A program made the position numbers and the translations under genes. Shown here piece by piece: positions 1-8,759 of a stretch of 20,000 nucleotides of DNA. The notes under the pieces were generated by a model. It was given only the letters and a program-made list of their open reading frames with translations, was not told where the DNA came from and did no database searches. The stretch is from an uncultured virus (IMG/VR IMGVR_UViG_3300008113_000068). Taxonomy: Duplodnaviria > Heunggongvirae > Uroviricota > Caudoviricetes. Location of the stretch: IMG/VR virus record IMGVR_UViG_3300008113_000068, one strand, 5' to 3'. How positions within the stretch are numbered: the stretch's first letter is position 1; every line of letters begins with the position of its first letter.

Positions 1-2249
1 AACGTTTGTTTACCCGTTGTTCCTTTCAATTGAAATAAATCATCGAAGAATAATTCTTTACTTGGCCTATTTTCGTAAAAATCTTTAGCAGGAGGAGTAT
101 CTTTATCAAAACCAAGTATTTGTTCGCCGGCACCAAATTCATCATCTACATACAAATATTTTCCATTTGTATTTTGGATTGTTTTAATACCACGTCCCCA
201 AGTAATTCCTAATTCAATTGCTATTTTTTGAAAAGCTGCTGATTGCTCAGGAGTATCTACAATTATTTTAGTATTGTATAAATCAGGCGCAAATATAGAT
301 TTTTTAAGTTCGTAAATATCTGCTGGTGGTTGAACTGATGTTGCAGGTGTTACAGCCGAACCTAATGGTGCATTTCCTCTATAATTTTCAATGAATTTAT
401 CGCGTGGTGAATCTTTTCTTTTACCACCTTCAGTTAAATCGTTAAAAATTACCCATTTATCTGTAATGTTCGTAATTTGAATATCAATCCTACCTTTTCG
501 CGTTTGCAATTGACCTTTATCACCAATCTTTGCTTCACCTCCGTAAGTAGTTATTAAACCACCACCTGCGTATTCATCTTCATCTAAACGATAGAAGTCA
601 AGTTCATCAGCATCGTAAGTTTTTTCAGTTCCATCAACAAATTTCAAATGGAATTTACGACCATAATCTTTTACAATTACACCCATTTTGTTTTCAGAAA
701 CAACTCTTGCACTATCACCAATTTTAGCTTTTTGCCATTCGACATTACCACCACCTTTAAGTTTTTTAGGTGCATATATTCTAGAATTATCAGTATTACA
801 ATTGTGACAAACATATTTATCAAATTCCTCTGACTTGTTTGTGTTCCAATTCCAATCACATTTTATGCATGTGATTTCTTGACCTATTTTTCCTCCTGTT
901 TCCATTTTTAAATGGCGTTTTATGGCATTTTTAAATTTGGAATAATCTGAATATTCCGTTATCCTCATATTAAAACCTAAATTGCCATCTTCGCCTACTT
1001 TTGGATAAGTAGAAATTTGATAATTATTACCATTTTTTCTAGCAGAAGCGTATTTTGATAATCTAACTCTTTGATTATTTTCAATTTCTTTCAAAACTAA
1101 TTCAATTTTTCCGCCTTGCTCCATTTTAAGTTCGTCTTTATCAACCTTAGCTGCTTTTCCACCCATAACTGAGCTGTAAACTCTTGCCATTGCCCATTGT
1201 TCTTTTGAAGTGACATTAGGTCTTACACTAGATGGATTTGTTTTGTATGCACCAATTCCTTTATCGTAAATCTGTTGCAAACCTTTCATTGAAACGCCTG
1301 TATCTTTTGATACTTGTTCTAAGCTGTGCGATTGACCTTTTTTATACTTGTATTTGGTGTTGTATTTGTCTTTGTACGTAACCACATTACCGCCTTCAGA
1401 CATTTTACTATCTATATAATTTTTGTAGTATTCCTTTAACGCTTTTACAGTTTTGAAATTTTGTCCATTGAAAGAATAACCAAGTCTATTCATCATAGTT
1501 CCTTTATATTCTACCCAATTTGTTGCTTTATCTGTTTCTTTTTTATATCTTAATTCGTTCTTGTCAAGATTAAAGATGACTTTTTCATCAACTCCACCGC
1601 CTTCAGACATTTTAGATGCTTGTTTGTGTTTCCAACCTTTCTTAGCGATTTTCTCTTCAATCAGTTGTTTCATATAAGGCCATCCTTTTTCAACCTTATC
1701 ACACCATTTCAACATCGCAACTACACCTTCAATTCTAAAATCATGAATATGTCTTGCAACGTATGAACGCCATTTGATATACATCCATTTCTCTGAATCC
1801 AACCAATAACCGCGTTCTGAAACACGTTCTAAATTATTGAATGCTTCATTACCAAAAATGTTACCACCTAACTTCCAAATATCCGGATATGATTTTTTAA
1901 TCTTTTTTGCGTAACTAACAATCCATTTGTTTGGAATATGATTAGGATTAAATTCTATGATGTTTCCACCATCTGAATATTCATCTGGGTCTTCATCTGC
2001 ACCTTCTGGTGGACCTATTGCAACTCCATTACCTGCTGATTGATTGATACGAGATAACTCTTTCCAGTATTTTTTTGATGCTTCGCGATTAATAATAACT
2101 TCACCACCTTCTAACTCAACGGGTTTGTTACCTGCGTCTGTTACCACTGCTTTTATACCTCCTAATGGATTTCCTTGTTCATCGTAATGTCTTTTACCTA
2201 CAAGCCATCCGCCTTTCTTACCATCATTAGTTTCGATTTTCTTTGCCAT
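1..2249 (-). CDS. Large multidomain ('polyvalent'/virion cargo-like) protein, 3'-truncated by the window edge (>749 aa)
   Basis: Translated manually from ATG 2249 (MAKKIETNDGKKGGWLVGKRHY...) with no stop to position 1. It is missing from the ORF track because it runs off the edge. It has an N-terminal GKRH..GGI..ELEGGEVIIN..LSRINQSAG module, a DUF5824-like module (IYDKGIGAYKT..RP..EQWAMARVYS), a CxxC..CxxC zinc ribbon and two SH3/KOW-like modules (AKIGD...), separated by xxGG linkers. Confidence 0.9.
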   Translation of the reverse strand, partial: MAKKIETNDGKKGGWLVGKRHYDEQGNPLGGIKAVVTDAGNKPVELEGGEVIINREASKKYWKELSRINQSAGNGVAIGPPEGADEDPDEYSDGGNIIEFNPNHIPNKWIVSYAKKIKKSYPDIWKLGGNIFGNEAFNNLERVSERGYWLDSEKWMYIKWRSYVARHIHDFRIEGVVAMLKWCDKVEKGWPYMKQLIEEKIAKKGWKHKQASKMSEGGGVDEKVIFNLDKNELRYKKETDKATNWVEYKGTMMNRLGYSFNGQNFKTVKALKEYYKNYIDSKMSEGGNVVTYKDKYNTKYKYKKGQSHSLEQVSKDTGVSMKGLQQIYDKGIGAYKTNPSSVRPNVTSKEQWAMARVYSSVMGGKAAKVDKDELKMEQGGKIELVLKEIENNQRVRLSKYASARKNGNNYQISTYPKVGEDGNLGFNMRITEYSDYSKFKNAIKRHLKMETGGKIGQEITCIKCDWNWNTNKSEEFDKYVCHNCNTDNSRIYAPKKLKGGGNVEWQKAKIGDSARVVSENKMGVIVKDYGRKFHLKFVDGTEKTYDADELDFYRLDEDEYAGGGLITTYGGEAKIGDKGQLQTRKGRIDIQITNITDKWVIFNDLTEGGKRKDSPRDKFIENYRGNAPLGSAVTPATSVQPPADIYELKKSIFAPDLYNTKIIVDTPEQSAAFQKIAIELGITWGRGIKTIQNTNGKYLYVDDEFGAGEQILGFDKDTPPAKDFYENRPSKELFFDDLFQLKGTTGKQT
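1389..1614. repeat. 19-bp perfect direct repeat accgccttcagacatttta (1389-1407 and 1596-1614) encoding the KMSEGG linkers
   Basis: Identical 19-mers read directly. Related copies at about 1105-1129 (LKMEQGGKI) and about 886-911 (LKMETGGKI). Confidence 0.9.
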
Positions 2250-2270
2250 TTACAAAACACTTTATGTTCA

Positions 2271-2328
2271 CAAATGTAAGTAGAAAAATAATAGGATTTG
2301 ATTTTTATTCGATATTTATACAAATATA
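2271..2328 (-). promoter_or_regulatory. Bacteroidota-type -7 promoter elements (TACATTTG 2271-2278; TATATTTG 2321-2328) upstream of the large ORF
   Basis: Both match the TAnnTTTG consensus in an intergenic region, in the correct orientation. Confidence 0.55.
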
Positions 2329-2388
2329 CAAGTGCGAGGTGTACAGAATAAATAATTATTTACGTAAGATGTCTTTGATTTGAATTTA

Positions 2389-2396
2389 TAATTTTG
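2389..2396 (+). promoter_or_regulatory. Bacteroidota-type -7 element (TAATTTTG) for the membrane protein/SLT pair
   Basis: TAnnTTTG match ending 34 nt upstream of ATG 2430, in the divergent intergenic region. Confidence 0.5.
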
Positions 2397-2429
2397 TATA
2401 TGATTAATTATCATTAATTTAGGTTTATT

Positions 2430-2585
2430 ATGAAAACAGGAAATAGAGCACTAATCATAATCGGAGCACTTATTGGTGTTACGGGATTAGGTTATTTAGG
2501 TTATTGGCTTTACAAAAGAAGTCAAACAACATCTGGTAACCCAGATAAGGATAATCGTAAAATATTAATCACTAGAAATAAATAG
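2430..2585 (+). CDS. Small single-pass membrane protein (51 aa)
   Basis: MKTGNRALIIIGALIGVTGLGYLGYWLYKRSQTTSGNPDKDNRKILITRNK*. One Gly-rich hydrophobic helix flanked by basic residues; the stop is 1 nt before the SLT ATG. Below the ORF-track cutoff. Confidence 0.8.
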   Translation: MKTGNRALIIIGALIGVTGLGYLGYWLYKRSQTTSGNPDKDNRKILITRNK

Positions 2586-2586
2586 T

Positions 2587-3294
2587 ATGGCAGTTTCGAC
2601 ATTATCCGTACCTCAAGCAAATTTAACTTCACCTTCATCATGGGGTAGCAGACAAAGTATTGCAAAAATGGTTGAAAAAATTGTTGCAGATTTTGGGCCT
2701 CATTTGAAAATGGCATCTCAAAATTCAAAAATTCCTGTTGAAGTCCTTGCTTCGTTTATTGCGGTTGAATCTGGTGGTAATCCAACTGCCGGTGGTGCAG
2801 GAAGCGTAACACAAGGTTTAATGCAATGGAATAGACAGTATGCAAAAAACTTCCTTGAAGCTGAAAAGAAAAAAGGTCGTATGACTCCCGAAGAAGAAGC
2901 TAAATTAAATTCATACGGAATCAAGTTTGATGCAAGTGGTAACACACGTACAATAACTCAAGCAGACCAAGTTAAACCAGGTTTAAACATTCTAATTGGT
3001 TCAATTCTATTGGGTCAATATGCAGATAGTTTATACGATGGTGGTAAATTCACAGGTAAATGGGCAATTGATGATAAAGACCAATTGCGATTAGATAGAA
3101 TTATCGCTGTTTACAATGGAGGCGCTTATGGTGATACGGGTAAGAAAGCGCGTACCGGTAATCACCCAACTGCTTTTGCATTAGCGAATGCTGTGAATAC
3201 AGTTACACGAAGTTATATTGCGAAGATGTTAGGTGCAAATGGAGCGATGGATGTTGCTTCAAAAGAAGTTGCAGCAAAAATTAATTCATTGTAA
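2587..3294 (+). CDS. Lytic transglycosylase (SLT domain); endolysin or virion-associated muramidase
   Basis: SLT motifs IAVESGGNP (catalytic Glu), GLMQ, NILIGSILL and AVYNGG. Confidence 0.85.
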   Translation: MAVSTLSVPQANLTSPSSWGSRQSIAKMVEKIVADFGPHLKMASQNSKIPVEVLASFIAVESGGNPTAGGAGSVTQGLMQWNRQYAKNFLEAEKKKGRMTPEEEAKLNSYGIKFDASGNTRTITQADQVKPGLNILIGSILLGQYADSLYDGGKFTGKWAIDDKDQLRLDRIIAVYNGGAYGDTGKKARTGNHPTAFALANAVNTVTRSYIAKMLGANGAMDVASKEVAAKINSL

Positions 3295-3305
3295 CAAATT
3301 TTTTA

Positions 3306-3313
3306 TATATTTG
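3306..3313 (+). promoter_or_regulatory. TAnnTTTG element (TATATTTG) just downstream of the SLT stop
   Basis: Exact consensus match, with no well-spaced -33 element. Confidence 0.4.
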
Positions 3314-3376
3314 TTATGGTTATTCGATTATTGGGGAGTTTATAGCTTTACTTTCTCATTATTCATTCATTGTTTT

Positions 3377-3405
3377 AAGGGTAGGTTTTTAACTTACCCT
3401 TTTTT
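3377..3405 (+). terminator. Intrinsic terminator
   Basis: Stem aagggtaggtt / aacttaccctt (one G-U pair) with a 3-nt loop, followed by a T-run; lies between convergent genes. Confidence 0.75.
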
Positions 3406-3443
3406 CGTAACCTGATAAAATATAAACTTTCATGTTGTTGTGT

Positions 3444-3938
3444 TTATTGAAATATAATTATCGAACCTTTGAATGCCCATCTCTTTTCTGCTTTCTCGTA
3501 CCAGATATCAGAATCATTTTTACGAAATGTATCTTTTACGCCTTTTGTTATGTTATCCGTATCTGGTTTAACTTCACAAGGCATACCATTCATGCGTTCT
3601 TTCTTTTTCATCGACCAGGAATTAGGCATAGGTATCAAATACAAAGCATCTAACGTTTGACCTAATTCAAACTGCATTTCCTTAGCTTGCCATATCAATA
3701 GATTCTTAAAGGCGTAATAATTCGTTACAACCTTTCTTTGACGCTTCATTGGGTCAATATGATTTGGATTTGTTTTCCATTTATCTGATTGCGATAAACG
3801 AGGTGCGCCCATTGGAATAACATCGAACAGATAAAAACGCCTTTTATGGTCAAGTACGTATCTTTCACATTCAACTTTTAATGGTTCACCATCGTTGAAG
3901 TGACATTGACCAAAACTATTTTTTATCCTTTCTTGCAT
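3444..3938 (-). CDS. rusA: RusA-family Holliday junction resolvase
   Basis: C-terminal KPDTDNITKGVKD..NDSDIW motif typical of RusA; also IPMPNSWSMKKK. Confidence 0.8.
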   Translation of the reverse strand: MQERIKNSFGQCHFNDGEPLKVECERYVLDHKRRFYLFDVIPMGAPRLSQSDKWKTNPNHIDPMKRQRKVVTNYYAFKNLLIWQAKEMQFELGQTLDALYLIPMPNSWSMKKKERMNGMPCEVKPDTDNITKGVKDTFRKNDSDIWYEKAEKRWAFKGSIIIFQ

Positions 3939-4068
3939 ACTTTATTTTTTTAAACTCAGTTTTAATAATTTCTGTAATGCAATAAAAAGTAAATGCAATA
4001 CCAACTATTAACATAACTGGAATAACCATAAAAATAGCATAGAAAATATTCTTAATTATTTGTTTCAT
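3916..4068 (-). CDS. Small membrane protein (50 aa)
   Basis: Manual translation MKQIIKNIFYAIFMVIPVMLIVGIAFTFYCITEIIKTEFKKIKYARKDKK*; fills the gap between co-directional genes. Confidence 0.6.
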   Translation of the reverse strand: MKQIIKNIFYAIFMVIPVMLIVGIAFTFYCITEIIKTEFKKIKYARKDKK

Positions 4069-4852
4069 TTTTAAATAAAAAGTCTGGTAATTTATTTTTT
4101 GGTTTGTATTCTGCGCGTTTTGCCACTTTAATCATTTTTCGAATATCGTAATAATTATCAATATCCTTTCTTGGATGGAATATATTATTAGGTAAAAGCA
4201 AAAATTCATCCAAACCCCATTCACCCATCCATACAATGCTTTTTAATTCAATTGCATCTATAACTTTTAACTTATTTTGTAAAGCGAGTGTGTTGAACAT
4301 AACTTCAATGTAAAGAAGTGAATTATTTTTGTTTTTGTAATCTTGCACTAAATTTAACATTTTACGTGATAAGCCACACGCGCATACCATTGAATATGCA
4401 TAAGGACCTTCGATTTTTGGATAAATATCACGCCAATGCCAATCCATCATTTTCCCATCATTTTTAAAATTGTTAGGTGTAACTAAATCGAAGTATGAAT
4501 ATTTCAAATGTAAATTTTGAATTACTTCAACTGATGGTATAAAGCAATCGTCTTCAAAAACCCATACAAAATCATATTCTGATGCAAATTCACAAAAGAA
4601 CAAAAGCATTTTATCCCAGGCTATTGGGTTTTTTTTGATATGTGTTGAAGTTGAATTAATGTTTGAATCTATATACCCCCATTTTTGACATTTTTCATCA
4701 TCTATGTAAATAATTCCATCATTTACAACCTCATATTCTTGCTCATCATCGCAAATTACAAAAACATCAAAACCTGTATCACGCACTTCTTTTGCAAACT
4801 TCAATGTATCATCCTGAGGTGTTGTGGTAAGAAATGCTACTGCTGTTTTCAT
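4052..4852 (-). CDS. Putative GT-A-fold glycosyltransferase-like protein
   Basis: N-terminal beta-strand (AVAFLT), DVFVICDD, and YDFVWVFEDDCF (a DxD-like acidic motif after a hydrophobic strand). Confidence 0.5.
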   Translation of the reverse strand: MKTAVAFLTTTPQDDTLKFAKEVRDTGFDVFVICDDEQEYEVVNDGIIYIDDEKCQKWGYIDSNINSTSTHIKKNPIAWDKMLLFFCEFASEYDFVWVFEDDCFIPSVEVIQNLHLKYSYFDLVTPNNFKNDGKMMDWHWRDIYPKIEGPYAYSMVCACGLSRKMLNLVQDYKNKNNSLLYIEVMFNTLALQNKLKVIDAIELKSIVWMGEWGLDEFLLLPNNIFHPRKDIDNYYDIRKMIKVAKRAEYKPKNKLPDFLFKNETNN

Positions 4853-4989
4853 TTTACTATTTTATCTAATCGAACAATAACTTGTAAATCACCAAATTGA
4901 ACTTTAACGTGTTTTTTAGTTACTTCAAGTATAACACATTCAACAACTTTACAAAATATCTTGGCTTTTACTACATCTCCTTTTTTCAT
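4849..4989 (-). CDS. Small KOW/SH3-like protein (46 aa)
   Basis: MKKGDVVKAKIFCKVVECVILEVTKKHVKVQFGDLQVIVRLDKIVK*. ATGA overlaps with both neighbours. Confidence 0.75.
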   Translation of the reverse strand: MKKGDVVKAKIFCKVVECVILEVTKKHVKVQFGDLQVIVRLDKIVK

Positions 4990-5831
4990 TCAAATTCTAA
5001 TTTACCTGTGTTTGCTAAATTCGTTTTTTCTGTAAACGATTGTGTTTCTTTAATTTCAATTGGTTCTAATGCAACGTCTTTCATTGCAGTTGTTTTCTTA
5101 GGTCTAAATGCCATATCAACAGTTGTATCACCATCTTTAATCGCTTGACCTATTCCTATCAATACAACTAAATCATCTTGTGTGACATGTTCAATTGCAG
5201 CTTTACCTACAACCGTTAGAATTTCGCGTTCTGTTAATTCGTATGTTGAAGCAAAACCATCAAATACTTTTTTGCGTTTTGCCATCAATTTCGTATCATC
5301 TGAAAGGTCACCTGTAATTTTGTGTTTCGCTTCATTGTAAACCTTATCAACGATTGCGCGAGGAATTACATTCAAGATAGCATTACGCATCGCAATAGAA
5401 TTAGCTGCATTACCCGTTACGGTAATCATATCTTCATTCATGCGACCAGATTTAGTCATAATACTTCTTTTTACTTCAACTTTGATTGCAAGGTTGTTTT
5501 CTAAATCAAATGCAATTGCCTGTGATGTTAATGTTTTTTGGTCAATCGTAATAACTTTCGCTTCAATACGTAAGTTTCCCCAATTCTGCGCAAGTATTTT
5601 TGCTAAGTGAACTGTAGGTCCTGTAATGACTTTTCCCGCGCGTGGTAATGAATATGTGCATGTAGATGCAGTTTCATAATCCATCGTTACGATAACTACT
5701 GAATTTTCTATTGCGCGTTTCAAATTACGCGGGTATGCTTTTGCTGTTGCTATTTGTGTATCAATTACTGCTTTGTCTTGGTTATAAATAACCGACATGT
5801 CTTGTACTTCTGTGATTGTAATATCTTCCAT
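4986..5831 (-). CDS. Putative single-strand annealing (RecT-like) recombination protein
   Basis: IDTQIATAKAYPRN...YSLPRAGKVITGPTVHLA..LAQNWGN pattern of a phage family usually found next to RecE-like exonucleases. The function is inferred from context. Confidence 0.55.
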   Translation of the reverse strand: MEDITITEVQDMSVIYNQDKAVIDTQIATAKAYPRNLKRAIENSVVIVTMDYETASTCTYSLPRAGKVITGPTVHLAKILAQNWGNLRIEAKVITIDQKTLTSQAIAFDLENNLAIKVEVKRSIMTKSGRMNEDMITVTGNAANSIAMRNAILNVIPRAIVDKVYNEAKHKITGDLSDDTKLMAKRKKVFDGFASTYELTEREILTVVGKAAIEHVTQDDLVVLIGIGQAIKDGDTTVDMAFRPKKTTAMKDVALEPIEIKETQSFTEKTNLANTGKLEFE

Positions 5832-6673
5832 TATAAAATTGTAATTAATTGTGAATCTTTTAGTGTATCAAAATATGTGTCTAAAGAACCTAAGGAATAG
5901 CATTCTTTGAGTAATTCAAATTCATTGTAACTAGGCCAATAATTATTGTCTTGACAGAATTTCAATAAATCTAATCCCATCCTGTATTGTTCGCGCCCGT
6001 AGTCATACATCTCATCATTCAATCCATACAATGCAACTTCGTATGGTGCAGTTTTTGAACATGCTGCAAAAATGTAATTCTCGCGCCCAATGAAGTCACA
6101 GTAATAAGCAGCTGAAAGTGAATAGGAGTATGTGAATACATCTGATTTGAATTTTCTTGCAGAAGAATCAAGACAACTTTTAATATCAACGATTGTACTT
6201 TTTGTTGAACTTAAAATATCTGGGCGTAATCTTATTTTTAAACCCGTTATCTCATCAATCGTATAACAAGACACCTCTCTGTGAGAATCCTTCATTAATT
6301 CCACAAGAGAATTGTTTTTCAAGGCGTTTTCAGATATCAACCTAATCATTTCCATTTCATCTTCATAAAGAATCGTTTTTCCTACTGAAGTTTCATTGAA
6401 TTCTGCAATCTGCTGTTTTCCTTCTTTTGTTCTTGCATCAACTTTTGGATAAACCACATAATTCGTTTTAAACAATTGAGGTTCTAGAATTAATTCATGC
6501 AAACCAGAACCTATGTTAAAATGCCTACCTGTTGATTTTTCAACTTTTTCGTTTCTCTCGTAATAATAGTAGCGCGGTGATTTTAGAAAGTTTTTGATGT
6601 CTGACGCTGATACATGGTCTTTTTTGCCTAAGTATTCTTCAAACGTGTCTTTGACAAATTCAGGTTTAATCAT
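5831..6673 (-). CDS. RecE/exonuclease VIII-like PD-(D/E)XK nuclease (DUF3799-like)
   Basis: VSASDIK, GSGLHELILEP, REVS, RLRPD, IVDIKS and Y..SAAYY motifs. Confidence 0.8.
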   Translation of the reverse strand: MIKPEFVKDTFEEYLGKKDHVSASDIKNFLKSPRYYYYERNEKVEKSTGRHFNIGSGLHELILEPQLFKTNYVVYPKVDARTKEGKQQIAEFNETSVGKTILYEDEMEMIRLISENALKNNSLVELMKDSHREVSCYTIDEITGLKIRLRPDILSSTKSTIVDIKSCLDSSARKFKSDVFTYSYSLSAAYYCDFIGRENYIFAACSKTAPYEVALYGLNDEMYDYGREQYRMGLDLLKFCQDNNYWPSYNEFELLKECYSLGSLDTYFDTLKDSQLITIL

Positions 6674-6902
6674 GATTGTTTTTTTTAAAGATGATTCTAT
6701 AAATACCGTAAATGTTAATTGCGATGATGATTAAACTCAAAGTCATGTGAGAAAGATTTTGAATATGAATATCATAATACACCCATCCCACATCACCAAT
6801 TAACCAAATAATCATTGCTAATTTCTTGAAGTCGATTGCATTGATAATATATCCACATAAAATCAAACTGGTTGACAACCATCCTATGAACTCCATTACC
6901 AT
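6666..6902 (-). CDS. Small 3-TM membrane protein (PnuC-half/PQ-loop-like); the start may be 6896
   Basis: Three hydrophobic helices with IGW, W..GD..W..Y and NIYGIY patterns. Confidence 0.55.
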   Translation of the reverse strand: MVMEFIGWLSTSLILCGYIINAIDFKKLAMIIWLIGDVGWVYYDIHIQNLSHMTLSLIIIAINIYGIYRIIFKKNNHD

Positions 6903-7477
6903 TTGATTAAGATTAAGCCAAAAGCAATAGAAATTACGCGTTGTGGTTTTGAAATTGGTTGTACTTCTTTGATAACTTCTTGTTGAACTTTAACTTGTAC
7001 TTCTTCTTGTGCATCGGATTTTTGTTCTTTTGCATCGGATACCTCTGACTCTATTTGTATGCAATTTACTTCTGATGATGGCATTTTAATAACTTTCCAT
7101 TCTTCTTCTGAAATTTCAGTTTGTTCAAATATACCTTGCTGTTGTTGCAGTTCAAGTTTCTGTTGTTTAATTTTCAATTGATGTTTTGCGTTACCTTCCT
7201 TATTTATTTTGATAATTTCATCCATCAATTTTTTAGCCATGTAGATATTTGGTTGTATCGTATTCCACGTGTATGAATAAGTTGATTTACCTCTACCTAA
7301 ACCAAGAACTTTTGTGCGTTCAAGAACTTTATGCCTAACTAATATTGGGAATACAACTGTTGTGACATTGTGGCTTTTACAAAATTCCTTATACCCATGC
7401 ATTTTTAATCCATTGTTGGTTTTTGTATAAACATCCCACAATATGGTCATGAATCTTTCTTCTGAATACCTTTTCAT
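6896..7477 (-). CDS. Hypothetical protein (possible wHTH N-terminus, Q/E-rich middle)
   Basis: 193-aa ORF in operon with A-rich start region. Confidence 0.7.
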   Translation of the reverse strand: MKRYSEERFMTILWDVYTKTNNGLKMHGYKEFCKSHNVTTVVFPILVRHKVLERTKVLGLGRGKSTYSYTWNTIQPNIYMAKKLMDEIIKINKEGNAKHQLKIKQQKLELQQQQGIFEQTEISEEEWKVIKMPSSEVNCIQIESEVSDAKEQKSDAQEEVQVKVQQEVIKEVQPISKPQRVISIAFGLILIKW

Positions 7478-7513
7478 TCTTATTTGTTTTTATGGTTATT
7501 TGATAATTTAATA

Positions 7514-8140
7514 TTAAAAGAAAACACCGTTTGAAAGAACTTTATATGTGTTCTGACCTACTTTTTTGAACAAACCCACTTTAACTAAATAGTTAATTGT
7601 TTTTTTGTGATAGCTTGGTTTGTACATAATATCTTGCTGAATCTTGTCTGCACCAAATTTTAAATCAATGAATCTTTTGCATACTTCATTCATATCAATT
7701 GGTTTCAAAGGGTAATCTTTCTTTTCATCAATAATTTCTACTTCTGCCAAATGATAGATTTTTAAAGCTTCGTTAAAAAAGAAATGTTGTTTTTTAGTCA
7801 AGCTATACTCTTTACCGTTAATCATCATGACTGTATTTTCTTTCTTGTTTTTCGTGAACTTCTCTTTTTTGTACGTTCCTTTTAAAACTTCTTTGTGTTC
7901 AACAATCTGTCCAACTTCAACCCATGTTTCATCAACTAATTTTTCGTTTGAGTTTTTGTCATTGAAATCTTTAACAATCTGTTTTTTCTCTTTAACCCAA
8001 GGAAGGTCTTCATCAGAATCATTTTCATCCATACTAACTACATCGTAAATAGGTAATGGTTGTTCTTTTGATTCTGGTTTTGATTTTTTAGTGAACAAAG
8101 ATTTAATCCATGTTGCAACTGTGTAAAGCACTCTTTTCAT
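7514..8140 (-). CDS. Hypothetical protein (possible C-terminal wHTH)
   Basis: 208-aa ORF; C-terminus TINYLVKVGLFKKVGQNTYKV resembles a helix plus wing. Confidence 0.7.
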   Translation of the reverse strand: MKRVLYTVATWIKSLFTKKSKPESKEQPLPIYDVVSMDENDSDEDLPWVKEKKQIVKDFNDKNSNEKLVDETWVEVGQIVEHKEVLKGTYKKEKFTKNKKENTVMMINGKEYSLTKKQHFFFNEALKIYHLAEVEIIDEKKDYPLKPIDMNEVCKRFIDLKFGADKIQQDIMYKPSYHKKTINYLVKVGLFKKVGQNTYKVLSNGVFF

Positions 8141-8150
8141 TTATGTTTGT

Positions 8151-8435
8151 TTATTGGTTACTGATTGAATTATCTTCCTCTACTTCAGTGTAGGAAGCAT
8201 TAAAGATATCTGGTTTACATGGATAATACTCATCATATATACCGCGTATTACAAAATCACCATGGCGCACAATGTGTTCACCTTCTAAGGTACTTATAAT
8301 AATTATGTTTTCTGATTCAATAATTTTGTGTGGGAAGTCACCAATAAACTTGCTAACTTGTTGAACGTTTTCAGTTAAATATTGAATTGCTTCAATTTCA
8401 ATAGGCTTTTTAATGTACTTTTTAACTTTGTTCAT
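8151..8435 (-). CDS. Conserved phage protein (PGDYG-like family)
   Basis: KKPIEIEAIQY...TLEG....GDFVIRG...EYYPCKPDIF..SY signature. Confidence 0.75.
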   Translation of the reverse strand: MNKVKKYIKKPIEIEAIQYLTENVQQVSKFIGDFPHKIIESENIIIISTLEGEHIVRHGDFVIRGIYDEYYPCKPDIFNASYTEVEEDNSISNQ

Positions 8436-8451
8436 CTTTATTAATTTTTTT

Positions 8452-8483
8452 CAAATATAATTGTTTTTTGTATAAACGTACAA
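8452..8483 (-). promoter_or_regulatory. Bacteroidota promoter TTG-N21-TATATTTG
   Basis: caaatata at 8452-8459 and caa at 8481-8483 on the + strand; intergenic. Confidence 0.65.
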
Positions 8484-8489
8484 TTTTTT

Positions 8490-8756
8490 TTAAATATTTT
8501 TTTCATCAGGTTGTTTATGAATAAATACCTCCTCAACTGGTCGTTTCAAGACAGTAGATATTTTGATTGCGATAGGCAATGAAATACTTCTTCTCTGACC
8601 ATTAATGATTCGAGATAAATGTGCTGCATTACCATCAAGTGCTAAATCTGCTAATTCTTGCTGAGACATTCCTATTTCGTTTAAAATAATTCTAATTCTG
8701 TTGCTGTGTAATTTCTCTTTTGGTTTTTTGACTTTTACTACTTTCTCCTCTTCCAT
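8490..8756 (-). CDS. XRE-family helix-turn-helix regulator
   Basis: NRIR..L...GMSQQELA.......LSRIING.....L..AIKIS..L..PVEEVF. Confidence 0.9.
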   Translation of the reverse strand: MEEEKVVKVKKPKEKLHSNRIRIILNEIGMSQQELADLALDGNAAHLSRIINGQRRSISLPIAIKISTVLKRPVEEVFIHKQPDEKNI

Positions 8757-8759
8757 AAC

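Noticed and set aside
648..859. ORF-track ORFs 648..833 (+) and 677..859 (-)
   Set aside because: Shadow frames inside the long minus-strand ORF 2249..<1.
7443..7453. 11-nt match atggtcatgaa to the 19733-19743 repeat
   Set aside because: Plausible by chance given the number of positions compared.
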